This document shows positions 11,381 to 20,579 of a stretch of 64,000 nucleotides of DNA, in pieces. Source of the stretch: Rhodospirillales bacterium (GTDB taxonomy: Bacteria > Pseudomonadota > Alphaproteobacteria > Kiloniellales > JACOMY01); contig OY770023.1 in the NCBI GenBank assembly GCA_963669335.1, positions 3,298,873-3,362,872 of the forward strand. Direction: 5' to 3'. Under the pieces are notes generated by a model. The model had not been told where the DNA came from, did no database searches, and saw only the letters and a program-made list of their open reading frames with translations. How positions within the stretch are numbered: the first letter of the stretch is position 1; the number at the start of each line of letters is the position of its first letter. A program made the translations under genes and the position numbers.

Positions 11381-12601
11381 CTAAGCAGTCTCCACTGCCG
11401 GTCCACGCAGTGGCTTGTCGGCAATGGGGAAATGCACCACGGCAGCCAGCAGTCCCAGCGCGATAGAGATGTACCAGACCATGTCATAGGACTGGTTCAA
11501 GTCGTAGCTGACGCCGCCCAGCCAGGCACCGAAGAAGGCACCGATCTGGTGGCTGAACATGACGATGGCGGCCAGGGTCGCCATGTAGCGGGTGCCGAAA
11601 ATCTGCGCCACCAATCCCGTGGTCAAGGGAACGGTCGAGAGCCATAGCAACCCGAAGGTCGCCGAGAAGAGCCAGACCGCCCACTCGGTCTTGGGGCCCA
11701 GAAGGAAGGCGGCAATGACGATGGCGCGCAGGAGATAGATGACCGAGAGCAGGTACTTGCGTGGAAAACGCCCGCCCAGCCACCCGGCACCGATACCGCC
11801 TATGATGTTGAAGAAGCCAATAACGCCGAGGGCTGCAGCACCCACGCCAGCCCCCAAGTTACAGGCGACGATGTAATCCTTCAGATGCGTGCCGATGAAG
11901 GCAACGTGAAAGCCGCAGACGAAGAAACCGAGGTTCAAGAGGCAATAGCCATTGTGCCTGCCTGCTTCTGCGAGCGCAGCGCTCAGGCTCTGCGAAGAGA
12001 GGCTGACGCTCCCGGCGCCACTGCCGCGAAACACAAAGGCCAACGGTATCATCAAGAAAGCGAGGACAGAGAGAGCCCAAAGGGCGTCAACCCACGAGAA
12101 GTAATCGATCATGGCCTGACTGCCGGGCAGCAGCAGAAACATGCCTGCCGACCCTCCGGCCGACGCTAAACCCAGCCACAGCGCCTGCTTCTCAATTGGG
12201 GCGGCTTTCGCGACCGCTGCCAAGATCAATGGAAAGCCAGATGCAGCAACACCCAACCCCACCAAAACACCACCGCCCAGATGCAAGGTAGTAAGCGAAT
12301 CGCCGGCAGCCATGATCACCATGCCCAGGCCGTAGCAAAGCCCGCCGAAAGCAATCACTCTGGCCGTCCCATAGCGATCCGCTGCGATCCCAAAGAGCGG
12401 TGCCATGGCGCCCCAGATGATGTTCTGGGCTGCCACCATCAGCGAAAAGTCGCCACGACCGATGCCCATGTCGTCGCTGATCGGCGAGACAAAAAGGCCG
12501 AAGGTCTGGCGCACCCCCATGGAGATGCCCAACAGCAAGCCCGCCGCCACCAACAGCAACAGCCCGCGTTCCCAACCACTGATCGCCTTAGAGTCCTGCA
12601 T
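11381..12601 (-). CDS. MFS transporter (oxalate/formate-antiporter-like family)
   Basis: About 12 predicted hydrophobic segments throughout with an MFS-type loop pattern. ATG 12601 or GTG 12640 are possible starts. Confidence 0.75.
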   Translation of the reverse strand: MQDSKAISGWERGLLLLVAAGLLLGISMGVRQTFGLFVSPISDDMGIGRGDFSLMVAAQNIIWGAMAPLFGIAADRYGTARVIAFGGLCYGLGMVIMAAGDSLTTLHLGGGVLVGLGVAASGFPLILAAVAKAAPIEKQALWLGLASAGGSAGMFLLLPGSQAMIDYFSWVDALWALSVLAFLMIPLAFVFRGSGAGSVSLSSQSLSAALAEAGRHNGYCLLNLGFFVCGFHVAFIGTHLKDYIVACNLGAGVGAAALGVIGFFNIIGGIGAGWLGGRFPRKYLLSVIYLLRAIVIAAFLLGPKTEWAVWLFSATFGLLWLSTVPLTTGLVAQIFGTRYMATLAAIVMFSHQIGAFFGAWLGGVSYDLNQSYDMVWYISIALGLLAAVVHFPIADKPLRGPAVETA

Positions 12602-12713
12602 CCGGCGCCATCTCGTGTCTGTTCTGACCGAGCCTAACACGCCGGCGGCAAACGACTACGGTCCCCGCAAGCAAGGGAGCCTTGCCCAGGTCCGCCTGAT
12701 CGCTGATGTGAAG

Positions 12714-13259
12714 CTAGATTGGATCGCCCAATTGTTTCTCAATGAAACGCAGGTTGCGCTGCGCGCCGGGCATTTGCGGGTGGATTGCCAAGGCAGCGGC
12801 GAAGGCCGCCTCTGCCTCTTCCAAACGCCCCATGGCCATGTAGCAGAGGCCTCGGCCCGAGAGGGCGCCGAAGTGGCGCGGCTCCAATTCCAAGACCTTC
12901 TCAATGTCAGCCAAAGAGTCCTCAAAGCGGTTCTGCATGTAGAGGATGGTGGCACGCCTGTTCCAGCCCTCTGAATAGTCCGGCACCATGGCAACGACCT
13001 TGTCGACCTCTTCTAAGGCCGACTCCATCAGTCCTTCACCCATCGATAGGGCGGCGATGCGCATTCTCAGCTCGACGTCATCGTTCTCATGCTCAAGCCA
13101 GACCGCCCAGATCAACTGCTCGACCTGCCAGGCTGCGGTATGGCTCTGCGCTTCAGCCAAGGCGCCAAAGAGCTGTCCCAAACGTGGGTCGTCCTGATCG
13201 GCATAGAGCGGCTCCCGCACTATGACCAGCAAGGCAAGGGCCATGAGAAGTCTCTTCAT
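12714..13259 (-). CDS. Secreted tetratricopeptide-repeat (TPR) protein
   Basis: N-terminal signal-like MKRLLMALALLVIV. Repeated TPR-like A..Y...G....A...F..AL motifs (e.g. ATILYMQNRFEDSLADIEKVLELEP, GLCYMAMGRLEEAEAAFAAALAIHP). Confidence 0.7.
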   Translation of the reverse strand: MKRLLMALALLVIVREPLYADQDDPRLGQLFGALAEAQSHTAAWQVEQLIWAVWLEHENDDVELRMRIAALSMGEGLMESALEEVDKVVAMVPDYSEGWNRRATILYMQNRFEDSLADIEKVLELEPRHFGALSGRGLCYMAMGRLEEAEAAFAAALAIHPQMPGAQRNLRFIEKQLGDPI

Positions 13260-13337
13260 GACGACAGATGATAGGGCAGAGGTCTTGGAAAAGCAGCCTT
13301 CGAGCCGATCACGTTTGATAAAGCGTGCGCTGTGGCC

Positions 13338-13670
13338 TCAGCTCAGATCTTCCCAGCATGTGAAGACGGCATTGCGCAGAACCTTGATGATCGCCCGGTG
13401 GTGCAGCGTTTCGCTCAGGTCGGCGGTCTCGATAAAGGCATAGGCCTGATCGAGCTTGCTACGGTCAGCAAAGGACATGATGACGTAGTAGCGCTGCCCC
13501 CAATCGCCGTCGGTATCCATCGGCGTATCCGCATGCCGTTGCCCCACCGGCCCGGTTCCCAGAATCAGGCCACGGGCCCGCATCTCCTCGGCAAAGGCTT
13601 TGTAGTCCTTCGTGAAGCGCTCGATCTCAGCACCCTCTGTCAGATCAAAGCGGCTCAGCATATGGATCAT
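13338..13670 (-). CDS. Small conserved hypothetical protein (110 aa), last gene of the TetR-exporter operon
   Basis: ORF with balanced, non-shadow-like composition. Its ATG overlaps the LysE-family stop (ATGA). No recognisable catalytic motif. Confidence 0.55.
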   Translation of the reverse strand: MIHMLSRFDLTEGAEIERFTKDYKAFAEEMRARGLILGTGPVGQRHADTPMDTDGDWGQRYYVIMSFADRSKLDQAYAFIETADLSETLHHRAIIKVLRNAVFTCWEDLS

Positions 13671-14311
13671 CGGCCGGGGACCCAGTCTTTCGCTTCCTGC
13701 GCCACGAGACGCAGCCCCAAACCGCCCAGGAGCAGGCCACAGCCCCGGTCAATCCAAGGCTTGGCCCGGCGATAGCCCGCTGCCGCTCCGCCGAAGGACA
13801 GCAGAAGCGCGACACCGCCATACCAGAGGAAGGCAATGCTACCGACCATCAGAACGATGATCCCGGCCAGCAGCACTGAGGGATCGGCTGGCATAGCGGC
13901 AGCGAAGATCCCGGCGAAGAAGAGCATGGCCTTGGCATTTCCCAGGTTGATCAGCACGCCGGAGCGAAAGGCGCCTTTCAGCCCGGCACGCGAGGACTGG
14001 GCCTGATAAGAGAGTGGCGCGCGCGCTCCGCGCCAAAGCGAGATGCCGAGCCACAGCAGATAGGCGCCACCGGCCAACTTGATCGTCATGAAGAGCCAGG
14101 GAGCAGCGGTGAAGAGGGCGACAATCCCGCCGACCGCCGCCAAGGCCCAGATCATATTCACCAGCGCGATACCGCCGACCAGGGCAAGTGCTTCCTGTCG
14201 AGGTCGCGTGACCGCCCGATGCGCCGTCGCGACGAAGTTTGGGCCTGGCAGGATCACGCCAGACAGGTACAAGGCGGCAATGGTTAAGATCTCTGATAGA
14301 CCTTCCTGCAA
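13667..14311 (-). CDS. LysE/RhtB-family amino-acid (or small metabolite) exporter
   Basis: The C-terminal 214 codons of track ORF 13667-15262 are LysE-like (YLSGVILPGPNF..., LGNAKAMLFFAGIF). Start is proposed at TTG 14311, preceded by GGAGGGAGAGGG. The upstream 300+ codons of the track ORF are a shadow over the EamA gene. Confidence 0.75.
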   Translation of the reverse strand: MQEGLSEILTIAALYLSGVILPGPNFVATAHRAVTRPRQEALALVGGIALVNMIWALAAVGGIVALFTAAPWLFMTIKLAGGAYLLWLGISLWRGARAPLSYQAQSSRAGLKGAFRSGVLINLGNAKAMLFFAGIFAAAMPADPSVLLAGIIVLMVGSIAFLWYGGVALLLSFGGAAAGYRRAKPWIDRGCGLLLGGLGLRLVAQEAKDWVPGR

Positions 14312-15186
14312 GATCCCTCTCCCTCCGGTCCTCTGCGGTCTCTTGCCAAGACGACGGCCGCAAAACAGAACAGCAGTCCGATCAGCGCCGATGCCCCGAC
14401 GGCTTGGCCGAACAAGGCCCAAGCCCAGAGCATGGTCACCGGCGGTGTCAGGTAAATCAAGCTGCTGACCCGGGTAGCCGAACTGCGCCGTAAGCAAAGC
14501 CAGTAGAAGCCATAGCCGCCGAGGGTGGAGAAGATGACAAACCATGCGACGGCCCAGAGAAACCCTGTATCTCCCAGGTCGACAGGCGCGCTGTCGAGAG
14601 CCGCAATCGGCAGCAACAGTAGCGCCGTGGTGACACTCTGCAATCCCAGAGCCGGCAACAGCGGAGTAGGCATCGGACGCGCCTTGGCGATCAAAGTGCC
14701 GATGACGAGCGACAGGGTGGAGGTCAATGACAGCAGGTAGGCAAGCAGGGGCGCAGGTCCGACCTCTCCGCCGATCGCGATCGCGATCCCGATCAGGCCG
14801 ACGCCGATCCCGATCCACTGCCGCCCGGTCACCCGATCCCCCAAGACCGGACCAGCCAGGGCAGCGGTCATCAAGGGTTGAGAAGCAGCGATCAGCGCCG
14901 CGGTCCCGGCCGGCACACCAAGATCGATGGCAGCGACACCGAGCGCCAAGAAGCCGAACATGGCCAAGGCGCCTACAAGAGCCTGATGGCCGAGTTCTGA
15001 CAGAGTCAGGCGTCTGACGTAGGCAAGCACAAAGGGCAGCAGCAAGAGGCTGACCACCAGGAATCGCCACAGCAGGACCTGTATGAAAGAGCTGGTGTCG
15101 GCCGCCAAGCGCGCGCCGATATAGCCACTGCTCCAGGCCAGAACCAGAGCGGCCTCCAGAGCCAGTAGCGGCAACCAGCGAGTCAT
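14284..15186 (-). CDS. DMT superfamily (EamA-like) transporter
   Basis: 300-aa ORF with about 10 TM segments and a duplicated EamA-type architecture. Start overlaps the tetR stop by 4 nt. Confidence 0.8.
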   Translation of the reverse strand: MTRWLPLLALEAALVLAWSSGYIGARLAADTSSFIQVLLWRFLVVSLLLLPFVLAYVRRLTLSELGHQALVGALAMFGFLALGVAAIDLGVPAGTAALIAASQPLMTAALAGPVLGDRVTGRQWIGIGVGLIGIAIAIGGEVGPAPLLAYLLSLTSTLSLVIGTLIAKARPMPTPLLPALGLQSVTTALLLLPIAALDSAPVDLGDTGFLWAVAWFVIFSTLGGYGFYWLCLRRSSATRVSSLIYLTPPVTMLWAWALFGQAVGASALIGLLFCFAAVVLARDRRGPEGEGSCRKVYQRS

Positions 15187-15755
15187 CGTGAGGAGGCTGC
15201 ATTGGCTGCAAGCAGCACGGTCGCGGCCTCCTTGCCGGCGGCGACGGCCGCCCGATCACCAAGCGTGAAGGCAGCCGCTACCGCGCCTTCGAGCAGAAGG
15301 AAGATGGTCGGTGCCAGACGAGCAGCATCGCTGTCAGCCCATCCACTTAGGCGAAGCCGCTCCTCGACCAGGGCCAACATACGCCGCTTGTGCGCCAAAG
15401 CTGTCTCGCGGATCGGGCTCGAATCGACAAAGTCGGAGGCTGCACGCAGGAAGAAGCAGCCATTGCCGCCCTCCTCCTCGGCCCAAGTTAGAAGCCGATC
15501 AAAGAGCGACAGAATTGCATTGTCCTGCCCTTCGCCACCTCCCTCCTCTGCCAAGCTGGCGAGATAGGCCGCTTCGCGTTGCAAGAGAGCGGTCACGATG
15601 ACCTTTTCTTTGCTGGGGAAGTGTTTGTAGAGCGTACCGAGCGCAACCTCGGCCTCAGCCACCACGCGATCGATGCCCACCGACGCAAAGCCCTCACGGT
15701 AAAAGAGCCGCTCGGCGGCCGCGGCTATGTCTCTTCGCTTCTTGCTCATGGGCAT
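15183..15755 (-). CDS. TetR/AcrR-family transcriptional regulator
   Basis: N-terminal HTH signature (RRDIAAAAERLFYREGFASVGIDRVVAEAEVALGTLYKHFPSKEKV). Confidence 0.9.
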   Translation of the reverse strand: MPMSKKRRDIAAAAERLFYREGFASVGIDRVVAEAEVALGTLYKHFPSKEKVIVTALLQREAAYLASLAEEGGGEGQDNAILSLFDRLLTWAEEEGGNGCFFLRAASDFVDSSPIRETALAHKRRMLALVEERLRLSGWADSDAARLAPTIFLLLEGAVAAAFTLGDRAAVAAGKEAATVLLAANAASSR

Positions 15756-15756
15756 G

Positions 15757-15778
15757 AAATAGAACGATCGTTCTATTT
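15757..15778. promoter_or_regulatory. Perfect 22-bp palindrome, candidate TetR operator overlapping the tetR promoter
   Basis: AAATAGAACGA|TCGTTCTATTT lies 1 nt from the tetR start codon. On the minus strand the context reads CTTGAC-N17-TTCTAT-TTC-ATG, a -35/-10-like pair with no room for a Shine-Dalgarno sequence. Confidence 0.65.
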
Positions 15779-15857
15779 TGAGTCAAGCCTTAACGAACCA
15801 GAAAGACCAGACTCTCAGTCTGAGAGCGTTAAACCCTGATCTGGGAGGATATCTCGA

Positions 15858-16847
15858 TCAAGCAGCGGCCGCCGGATCAGGTCCTTCGCGGACACCGGCA
15901 AAGCCCTGACGGAAGAGTTCCGATCCCGAGTCCGGATCGCGCATGCCTTCGCTGACGATCCGCCGCCAGGCGCGCGCGCCAGGCAAACCATTCATCAGAC
16001 CTAAGGTGTGGCGCGCCAGATCCTTGAACTTGCTGCCGTCCGCCTTGAAGCGATCAGCCAGCTCGACCAGTCCCTGGACGACCTCTGCGCGGGACTGCAG
16101 GGGATCTGCGTCCCCGAAGAAGCGGCTATCGACCTCGGCCAGTAGGAAGGGGTTCTGATAGGCCGCCCGTCCAAGCATCACACCGTCCGCCCAAGAAAGC
16201 GCCGCCTCTGCCTGCTCCAGCGATGTGATCCCACCATTCAGGTGGATGGAGAGGTCTGGGCGCTCGTACTTCAAGCGCTCAACCACCTCATAGCGCAGTG
16301 GCGGGATCTCACGGTTTTCCTTCGGGGAGAGCCCCTGCAGCCAGGCCTTCCTGGCATGCACATAGAAGGTGCGGACACTGCCCTGGCTGACGCAGTCCAC
16401 AAAGGCCAAGAGATCGGCATAGTCCTCCTGATCGTCGATGCCGATCCGGCACTTGACGCTGACTGGGAGGCCGCTCACGCGGGCCATGGCCTCGACGCAG
16501 TCCCGCACCAACGTCGGCTCCGCCATCAGGCAAGCGCCAAAACGTCCCTTCTGCACGCGATCGCTGGGGCAGCCGCAGTTCAGATTGAGCGCGCGATAAC
16601 CGAAGTCAGCGGCGATCTTTGCCGCCTCACCCAACTCTTTGGGATCGCTGCCGCCAAGCTGAAGCACCAGCGGCTCTTCAGACGGGTCAAACCGCAGAAG
16701 CCGCGCGCGATCGCCGAAGACCACCGCGCCAGAGGTCACCATCTCGGTAAAGAGCAGGGCTCGGCGCGTCATCAGTCGATGAAAAGCCCGACAGTAGCGG
16801 TCGGTCCAATCCATCATAGGTGCGCAACTTATCCGTATGTTCTGCAT
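15858..16847 (-). CDS. dusA: tRNA-dihydrouridine(20/20a) synthase DusA
   Basis: MMDWTDRYCRAFHRLMTRRALLFTEMVT..., LNLNCGCPSDRVQKGRFGACLM and HARKAWLQGLSPKENREIPPL are characteristic DusA motifs. Confidence 0.92.
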   Translation of the reverse strand: MQNIRISCAPMMDWTDRYCRAFHRLMTRRALLFTEMVTSGAVVFGDRARLLRFDPSEEPLVLQLGGSDPKELGEAAKIAADFGYRALNLNCGCPSDRVQKGRFGACLMAEPTLVRDCVEAMARVSGLPVSVKCRIGIDDQEDYADLLAFVDCVSQGSVRTFYVHARKAWLQGLSPKENREIPPLRYEVVERLKYERPDLSIHLNGGITSLEQAEAALSWADGVMLGRAAYQNPFLLAEVDSRFFGDADPLQSRAEVVQGLVELADRFKADGSKFKDLARHTLGLMNGLPGARAWRRIVSEGMRDPDSGSELFRQGFAGVREGPDPAAAA

Positions 16848-17037
16848 AATTCTCCGATGTCTTTCAACACCTTAAGCCCCACCATCCTAAGTTAACCTGT
16901 CTCGCTTGGCCTGTTCAAGTTGGCAACTCGAACTGAGGAGCAAGTCGAAGCAGCCACTCATGCCAAATGCGGCCATTGCCCGCTCAGAGCCCCGATTCTC
17001 TGCTGCTGAACTCCGAACGAACCGAGGCAAGCCGCAC

Positions 17038-18000
17038 TCAAGCCGACACTGGCTGTCGAGCATTTACCAGCGTTTTCGCAATTTCACGCAGGTGCTTGTG
17101 TCCCGTTCCACAGCAACCACCAAAGATATCCATATGCGGGTACCGCTCGGAAAGGTCCCGCAGTCGTGAGGCGAGTTCGACCGGATCGCCCTCCTCAATA
17201 TGCCCCAGCTCGCAAAGGGCAAGCTTTTCCATCTTCGACGCATTTGGGCGCACCCCGCGCAGCCGCTTGATCCAATCTCGGTTCTCTAGGGCCGGCTCAT
17301 ATTCAAGCGGGTGCGAGCAATTGATCATGTACAACTCCGGGGCGGCTTCACCGGCCTGAGCGTCGATTTCGACAATCGCTTCCGCCAGAGTTGGGCCTGA
17401 TTTCAATCTGCCCGACCTGTCGAGCGTCAAAGACACGAAGAGAGGCACTCCGGTTTGATTGGCCGCACGTAAGGCGCCGACAGATTCAGCGACGTTGTTG
17501 AAAGTGAGCGCGCATGCGAAGTCAACATCTGCCCGTTTCAAGGTCTCAAGTTGGACGGCATGATAGTCCTCGGCGCTCTCGGCTGTGATCTCCTGGTTCA
17601 GGCTATAGGCATCCCCTCGGGGTCCAAGAATACCTCCGATCAAGAGTCGTGGAATCTGCTCCTCATACCCTTTCGCAATGTCGCGGAGCAACTCGATTGA
17701 TGCAATGTTCGCATCAGCCAGGCCAGAGGGCGAATAGCCCAATTTGCTGCCCCAGTCCGGGCTGGCTCGATAGTCGAGCCCCGTTAACAAGAATGACAGG
17801 CCAAATTCTGCTGCCACATCAAGTTGTTGAGAATACTCATCGCGCAGCGCAGAAAGGGCCAGCGGGCTCTCCAGCAACGGCAGCATAGAGAATTCCGGCA
17901 GCTCAAACCCGTGGCGATACATGATCTCGGTTTCAGAGCCACCTTCGGTCAGAAACATCTCGCCAGAGCCCATCGGCGGTAGAGAGGAGGGAACCGGCAT
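17038..18000 (-). CDS. Homocysteine S-methyltransferase-family protein (BHMT/MmuM-like)
   Basis: Family hallmarks: TEGGSETE near the N-terminus, INCSHP, and C-terminal GGCCGTGHKHLREIA (zinc-binding Cys cluster). ATG 18000 lies 1 nt after the upstream gene's stop (TGAcATG). Confidence 0.8.
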   Translation of the reverse strand: MPVPSSLPPMGSGEMFLTEGGSETEIMYRHGFELPEFSMLPLLESPLALSALRDEYSQQLDVAAEFGLSFLLTGLDYRASPDWGSKLGYSPSGLADANIASIELLRDIAKGYEEQIPRLLIGGILGPRGDAYSLNQEITAESAEDYHAVQLETLKRADVDFACALTFNNVAESVGALRAANQTGVPLFVSLTLDRSGRLKSGPTLAEAIVEIDAQAGEAAPELYMINCSHPLEYEPALENRDWIKRLRGVRPNASKMEKLALCELGHIEEGDPVELASRLRDLSERYPHMDIFGGCCGTGHKHLREIAKTLVNARQPVSA

Positions 18001-18001
18001 G

Positions 18002-19396
18002 TCAAACCTCCGGCTTGATGTTCTGGTTAAAACGAAAGCGGTTGTCGGGGTCATACATCGTCTTGATCTCGACCAGCCGCTGATAGTTCGCGCCGAAAGA
18101 CGTGCGTGTCAGCGCGTCCCCGTCTTCCCCGTGACCCGGAAAGTTCAGATAGGCGCGACCATGATGCCCGAAAGGTGCAGCACGTTCCCAAGATTCGCGT
18201 GACCAGGCAATGTTTCGGGCATCCTCCGCCTGTTCCGTCCAGACCCCATCCAGCGAATACATCCAGCCCATCGTTCGGTCGCCGAAGGCCGTAGCCTCCG
18301 CAGGGACACTCGTCGTTGCGCCACCAAAGTTCCAAAGCGAGGAGATCGAACTGTCCGAGGGCGCCGCCAAGGCGTTGCGCATGGCCAGATCAATCATCTC
18401 ATCAGAGAGATCGGTAAGATACCGCGCCTTCCAGTAGCAGCGGAAGTCCCCCGCAGGCATCAAAGTATCAAAGAGCTGCTGTACCTCGCAGTAGCTCATA
18501 CGGCCGGAGAAATCGACGACCATGCCCCCCAATTCACGCAGAGGCTGCAACAGGGCCTCGCCTTCGGATGCATCGCCATTATAGACGCAGGCTAGGGTAT
18601 AGACGCGCTTGCCCCACATCTCTTCGGGGAAATCCTCGCCTCCCGCAGTCGAGAACTCGCAGAGTGATCCGACAAGTTCGCCATGTTTCTTCATCATCTC
18701 ACGCCACGCACAGATGGGTGCGGGCCCGTCTTCAACGGCATAGATCGGCGCCACGAACATGACCTCCGGACCCATGGGGTGGAGAGCAAACTCGAAGCGT
18801 GTGACAACACCAAAATTGCCGCCGCCGCCCTTTAGCGCCCACAAGAGGTCAGCGTGTTCATCGTCGCTGGCCCGAAGGAGGTGCCCATCAGCCGTCACCA
18901 CCTCTGCGGCGATCAGATTGTCGATGGATAGCCCGTGCTTCGCGCGCAGCCATCCGATCCCACCGGAGAGCGTCAGCCCGGCCACGCCGGTGTCGGAAAT
19001 GAGCCCGCCGGGTGTCGCCAAGCCGTGCGCCTGGCTGGCGGCATCGACATCGCGCCACAATGCGCCGCCCTCGACCGACGCTATGCGTCGCTCTGGGTCA
19101 ATGGTCACCGCGCGCATGTCGCTGAGATCAATCATTAGGCCATCGTCACAGACGGCGTGGCCCGCCACGTTGTGTCCACCGCCCCGGATTGAGATTGGCA
19201 GATCATGCACGCGAGCATGATTGACAGCGGCAATCACATCCTGGCTGTTCCGGCAACGAACAATGATGGCAGGACGCCGGTCTATCATGGCATTCCAGAC
19301 CGCGCGGGCCGCGTCGTACCCATCGGTGCCGGGCAACATTAGGTCACCTGCAATCTTCTGCATGCTTGTCGCGCTGTTCATTTCCAGTTCTTCCAT
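18002..19396 (-). CDS. FAD-linked oxidase with C-terminal BBE (berberine-bridge-enzyme-like) domain
   Basis: FAD_binding_4-type N-domain (IVRCRNSQDVIAAVNHARVHDLPISIRGGGHNVAGHAV) and BBE-type C-terminus (NYQRLVEIKTMYDPDNRFRFNQNI). ATG 19396 is preceded by AAGAGGAG. Confidence 0.8.
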   Translation of the reverse strand: MEELEMNSATSMQKIAGDLMLPGTDGYDAARAVWNAMIDRRPAIIVRCRNSQDVIAAVNHARVHDLPISIRGGGHNVAGHAVCDDGLMIDLSDMRAVTIDPERRIASVEGGALWRDVDAASQAHGLATPGGLISDTGVAGLTLSGGIGWLRAKHGLSIDNLIAAEVVTADGHLLRASDDEHADLLWALKGGGGNFGVVTRFEFALHPMGPEVMFVAPIYAVEDGPAPICAWREMMKKHGELVGSLCEFSTAGGEDFPEEMWGKRVYTLACVYNGDASEGEALLQPLRELGGMVVDFSGRMSYCEVQQLFDTLMPAGDFRCYWKARYLTDLSDEMIDLAMRNALAAPSDSSISSLWNFGGATTSVPAEATAFGDRTMGWMYSLDGVWTEQAEDARNIAWSRESWERAAPFGHHGRAYLNFPGHGEDGDALTRTSFGANYQRLVEIKTMYDPDNRFRFNQNIKPEV

Positions 19397-19523
19397 GTTT
19401 CCGCTCCTCTTGGCTGCTTTCCCAAGATAAGACGCTGCATCCCGCGGGCTCAGTGGCAATTTGGTCAGGAAGGTGGCATAGTGGACAGGAAAGTACGGCA
19501 AATCTGCCAAAACCGTACCGATT

Positions 19524-20567
19524 ATGACAGGAAGACCGATGTTGTCTCCAAGTAAACCAACCATTGTCCTCCTTGCTGCGTCGGAGACATCTGCGTCCGT
19601 TCTCTATGGACTTTACGATGTTCTTCTTTCCGCCGGGGCCGTTTACCCCGACATGGTCACCGGCGCGCCGGGGGAGGAACTGCTCGATGTCAAGATCGTG
19701 TCGGCAGACGGCAAAGCCTTTCACTGTATCGGCAACATTCCCGTTGAACCCCATGCAGCGATTGGCGATCTGAGCCCGCCTGATGCGGTCGTCATCTGTG
19801 ATATGTACACCTCGATCTATGATGTGCCTAAAGGGCGCTACCCGCGCGAGGTCGCATGGCTCAAGGAGATGTACGCTGCGGGTTCGCTGCTGTCCTCCGT
19901 TTGTTCCGGCTCTTTGTTGCTTGCGGAGTCAGGGCTATTGAATGGACATGAAGCCACGGCGCACTGGGCCTACCGCGACATGTTTCAGCGGCATTTCCCC
20001 AAGATCACCTTTCGAAACGAATCTGTCCTGTGTCTTGCCGCCGAAACTGAGAGAATCGTGACCGCAGGGGGTGTCAGCGCATGGCACGATTTGACCGTTT
20101 ATCTGATCGCGCGTTTTTGTGGATACAAAACCGCAATCGAGACCGCAAAGGTCTTTCTGATTAGCGGCCACTCTGAAGGGCAGTCACCCTATTCAGTGAT
20201 GACCCGACCGATGGAATCCAACGACGGTCCGATATCGGAGTGCCAGCTCTGGATTGCAGACAATTATGCGACAAGCAATCCGGTAGAGAAAATGGTGCAA
20301 CGGTCGGGGCTGAATTCCCGCACCTTCTCGCGACGCTTCCGCGCCGCCACCGGTTTCACGCCAATCGACTATGTGCTGGCGCTGCGGATCGAAGAGGCCA
20401 AGCAGATGCTGGAGACGGATCAACACTCCGGTGACGATGTCGGGTCTGCTGTCGGCTATGAAGATCCCGCGTCCTTCCGGCGTGTGTTCAAGCGCGGTAC
20501 CGGGATGTCCCCTGCTGCGTACCGTAAGAAGTTTCAGCGCATTTCACAGATTGCTAGCGTCAAGTGA
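19524..20567 (+). CDS. GlxA-family (DJ-1/PfpI domain + AraC HTH) transcriptional regulator, GbdR/CdhR-like architecture
   Basis: N-terminal GATase1-like domain (VCSGSLLLAESGLLNGHEATAHW) plus C-terminal AraC-type HTH (RTFSRRFRAATGFTPIDYVLALRIEEAKQML). Divergent from the oxidase/methyltransferase pair. Confidence 0.85.
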   Translation: MTGRPMLSPSKPTIVLLAASETSASVLYGLYDVLLSAGAVYPDMVTGAPGEELLDVKIVSADGKAFHCIGNIPVEPHAAIGDLSPPDAVVICDMYTSIYDVPKGRYPREVAWLKEMYAAGSLLSSVCSGSLLLAESGLLNGHEATAHWAYRDMFQRHFPKITFRNESVLCLAAETERIVTAGGVSAWHDLTVYLIARFCGYKTAIETAKVFLISGHSEGQSPYSVMTRPMESNDGPISECQLWIADNYATSNPVEKMVQRSGLNSRTFSRRFRAATGFTPIDYVLALRIEEAKQMLETDQHSGDDVGSAVGYEDPASFRRVFKRGTGMSPAAYRKKFQRISQIASVK

Positions 20568-20579
20568 CAGGTTGCAGGC

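Noticed and set aside
13667-15262. 531-aa track ORF that could be read as one large protein.
   Set aside because: Only the C-terminal approximately 214 codons are LysE-like. The upstream part is an Arg/Pro-rich shadow over the well-supported EamA gene in another frame. A TTG with a strong RBS at 14311 gives a normal-sized LysE protein.
15858-20567. DusA-targeted integrative element. The 5' end of dusA is a known integration hotspot for a dedicated integrase family, and the adjacent DNA is lower in GC.
   Set aside because: There is no integrase, excisionase or other mobility gene in the adjacent 4 kb, and I could not see a duplicated dusA 5' fragment (att scar). Only the compositional shift remains, which is reported as a finding without claiming a mobile element.
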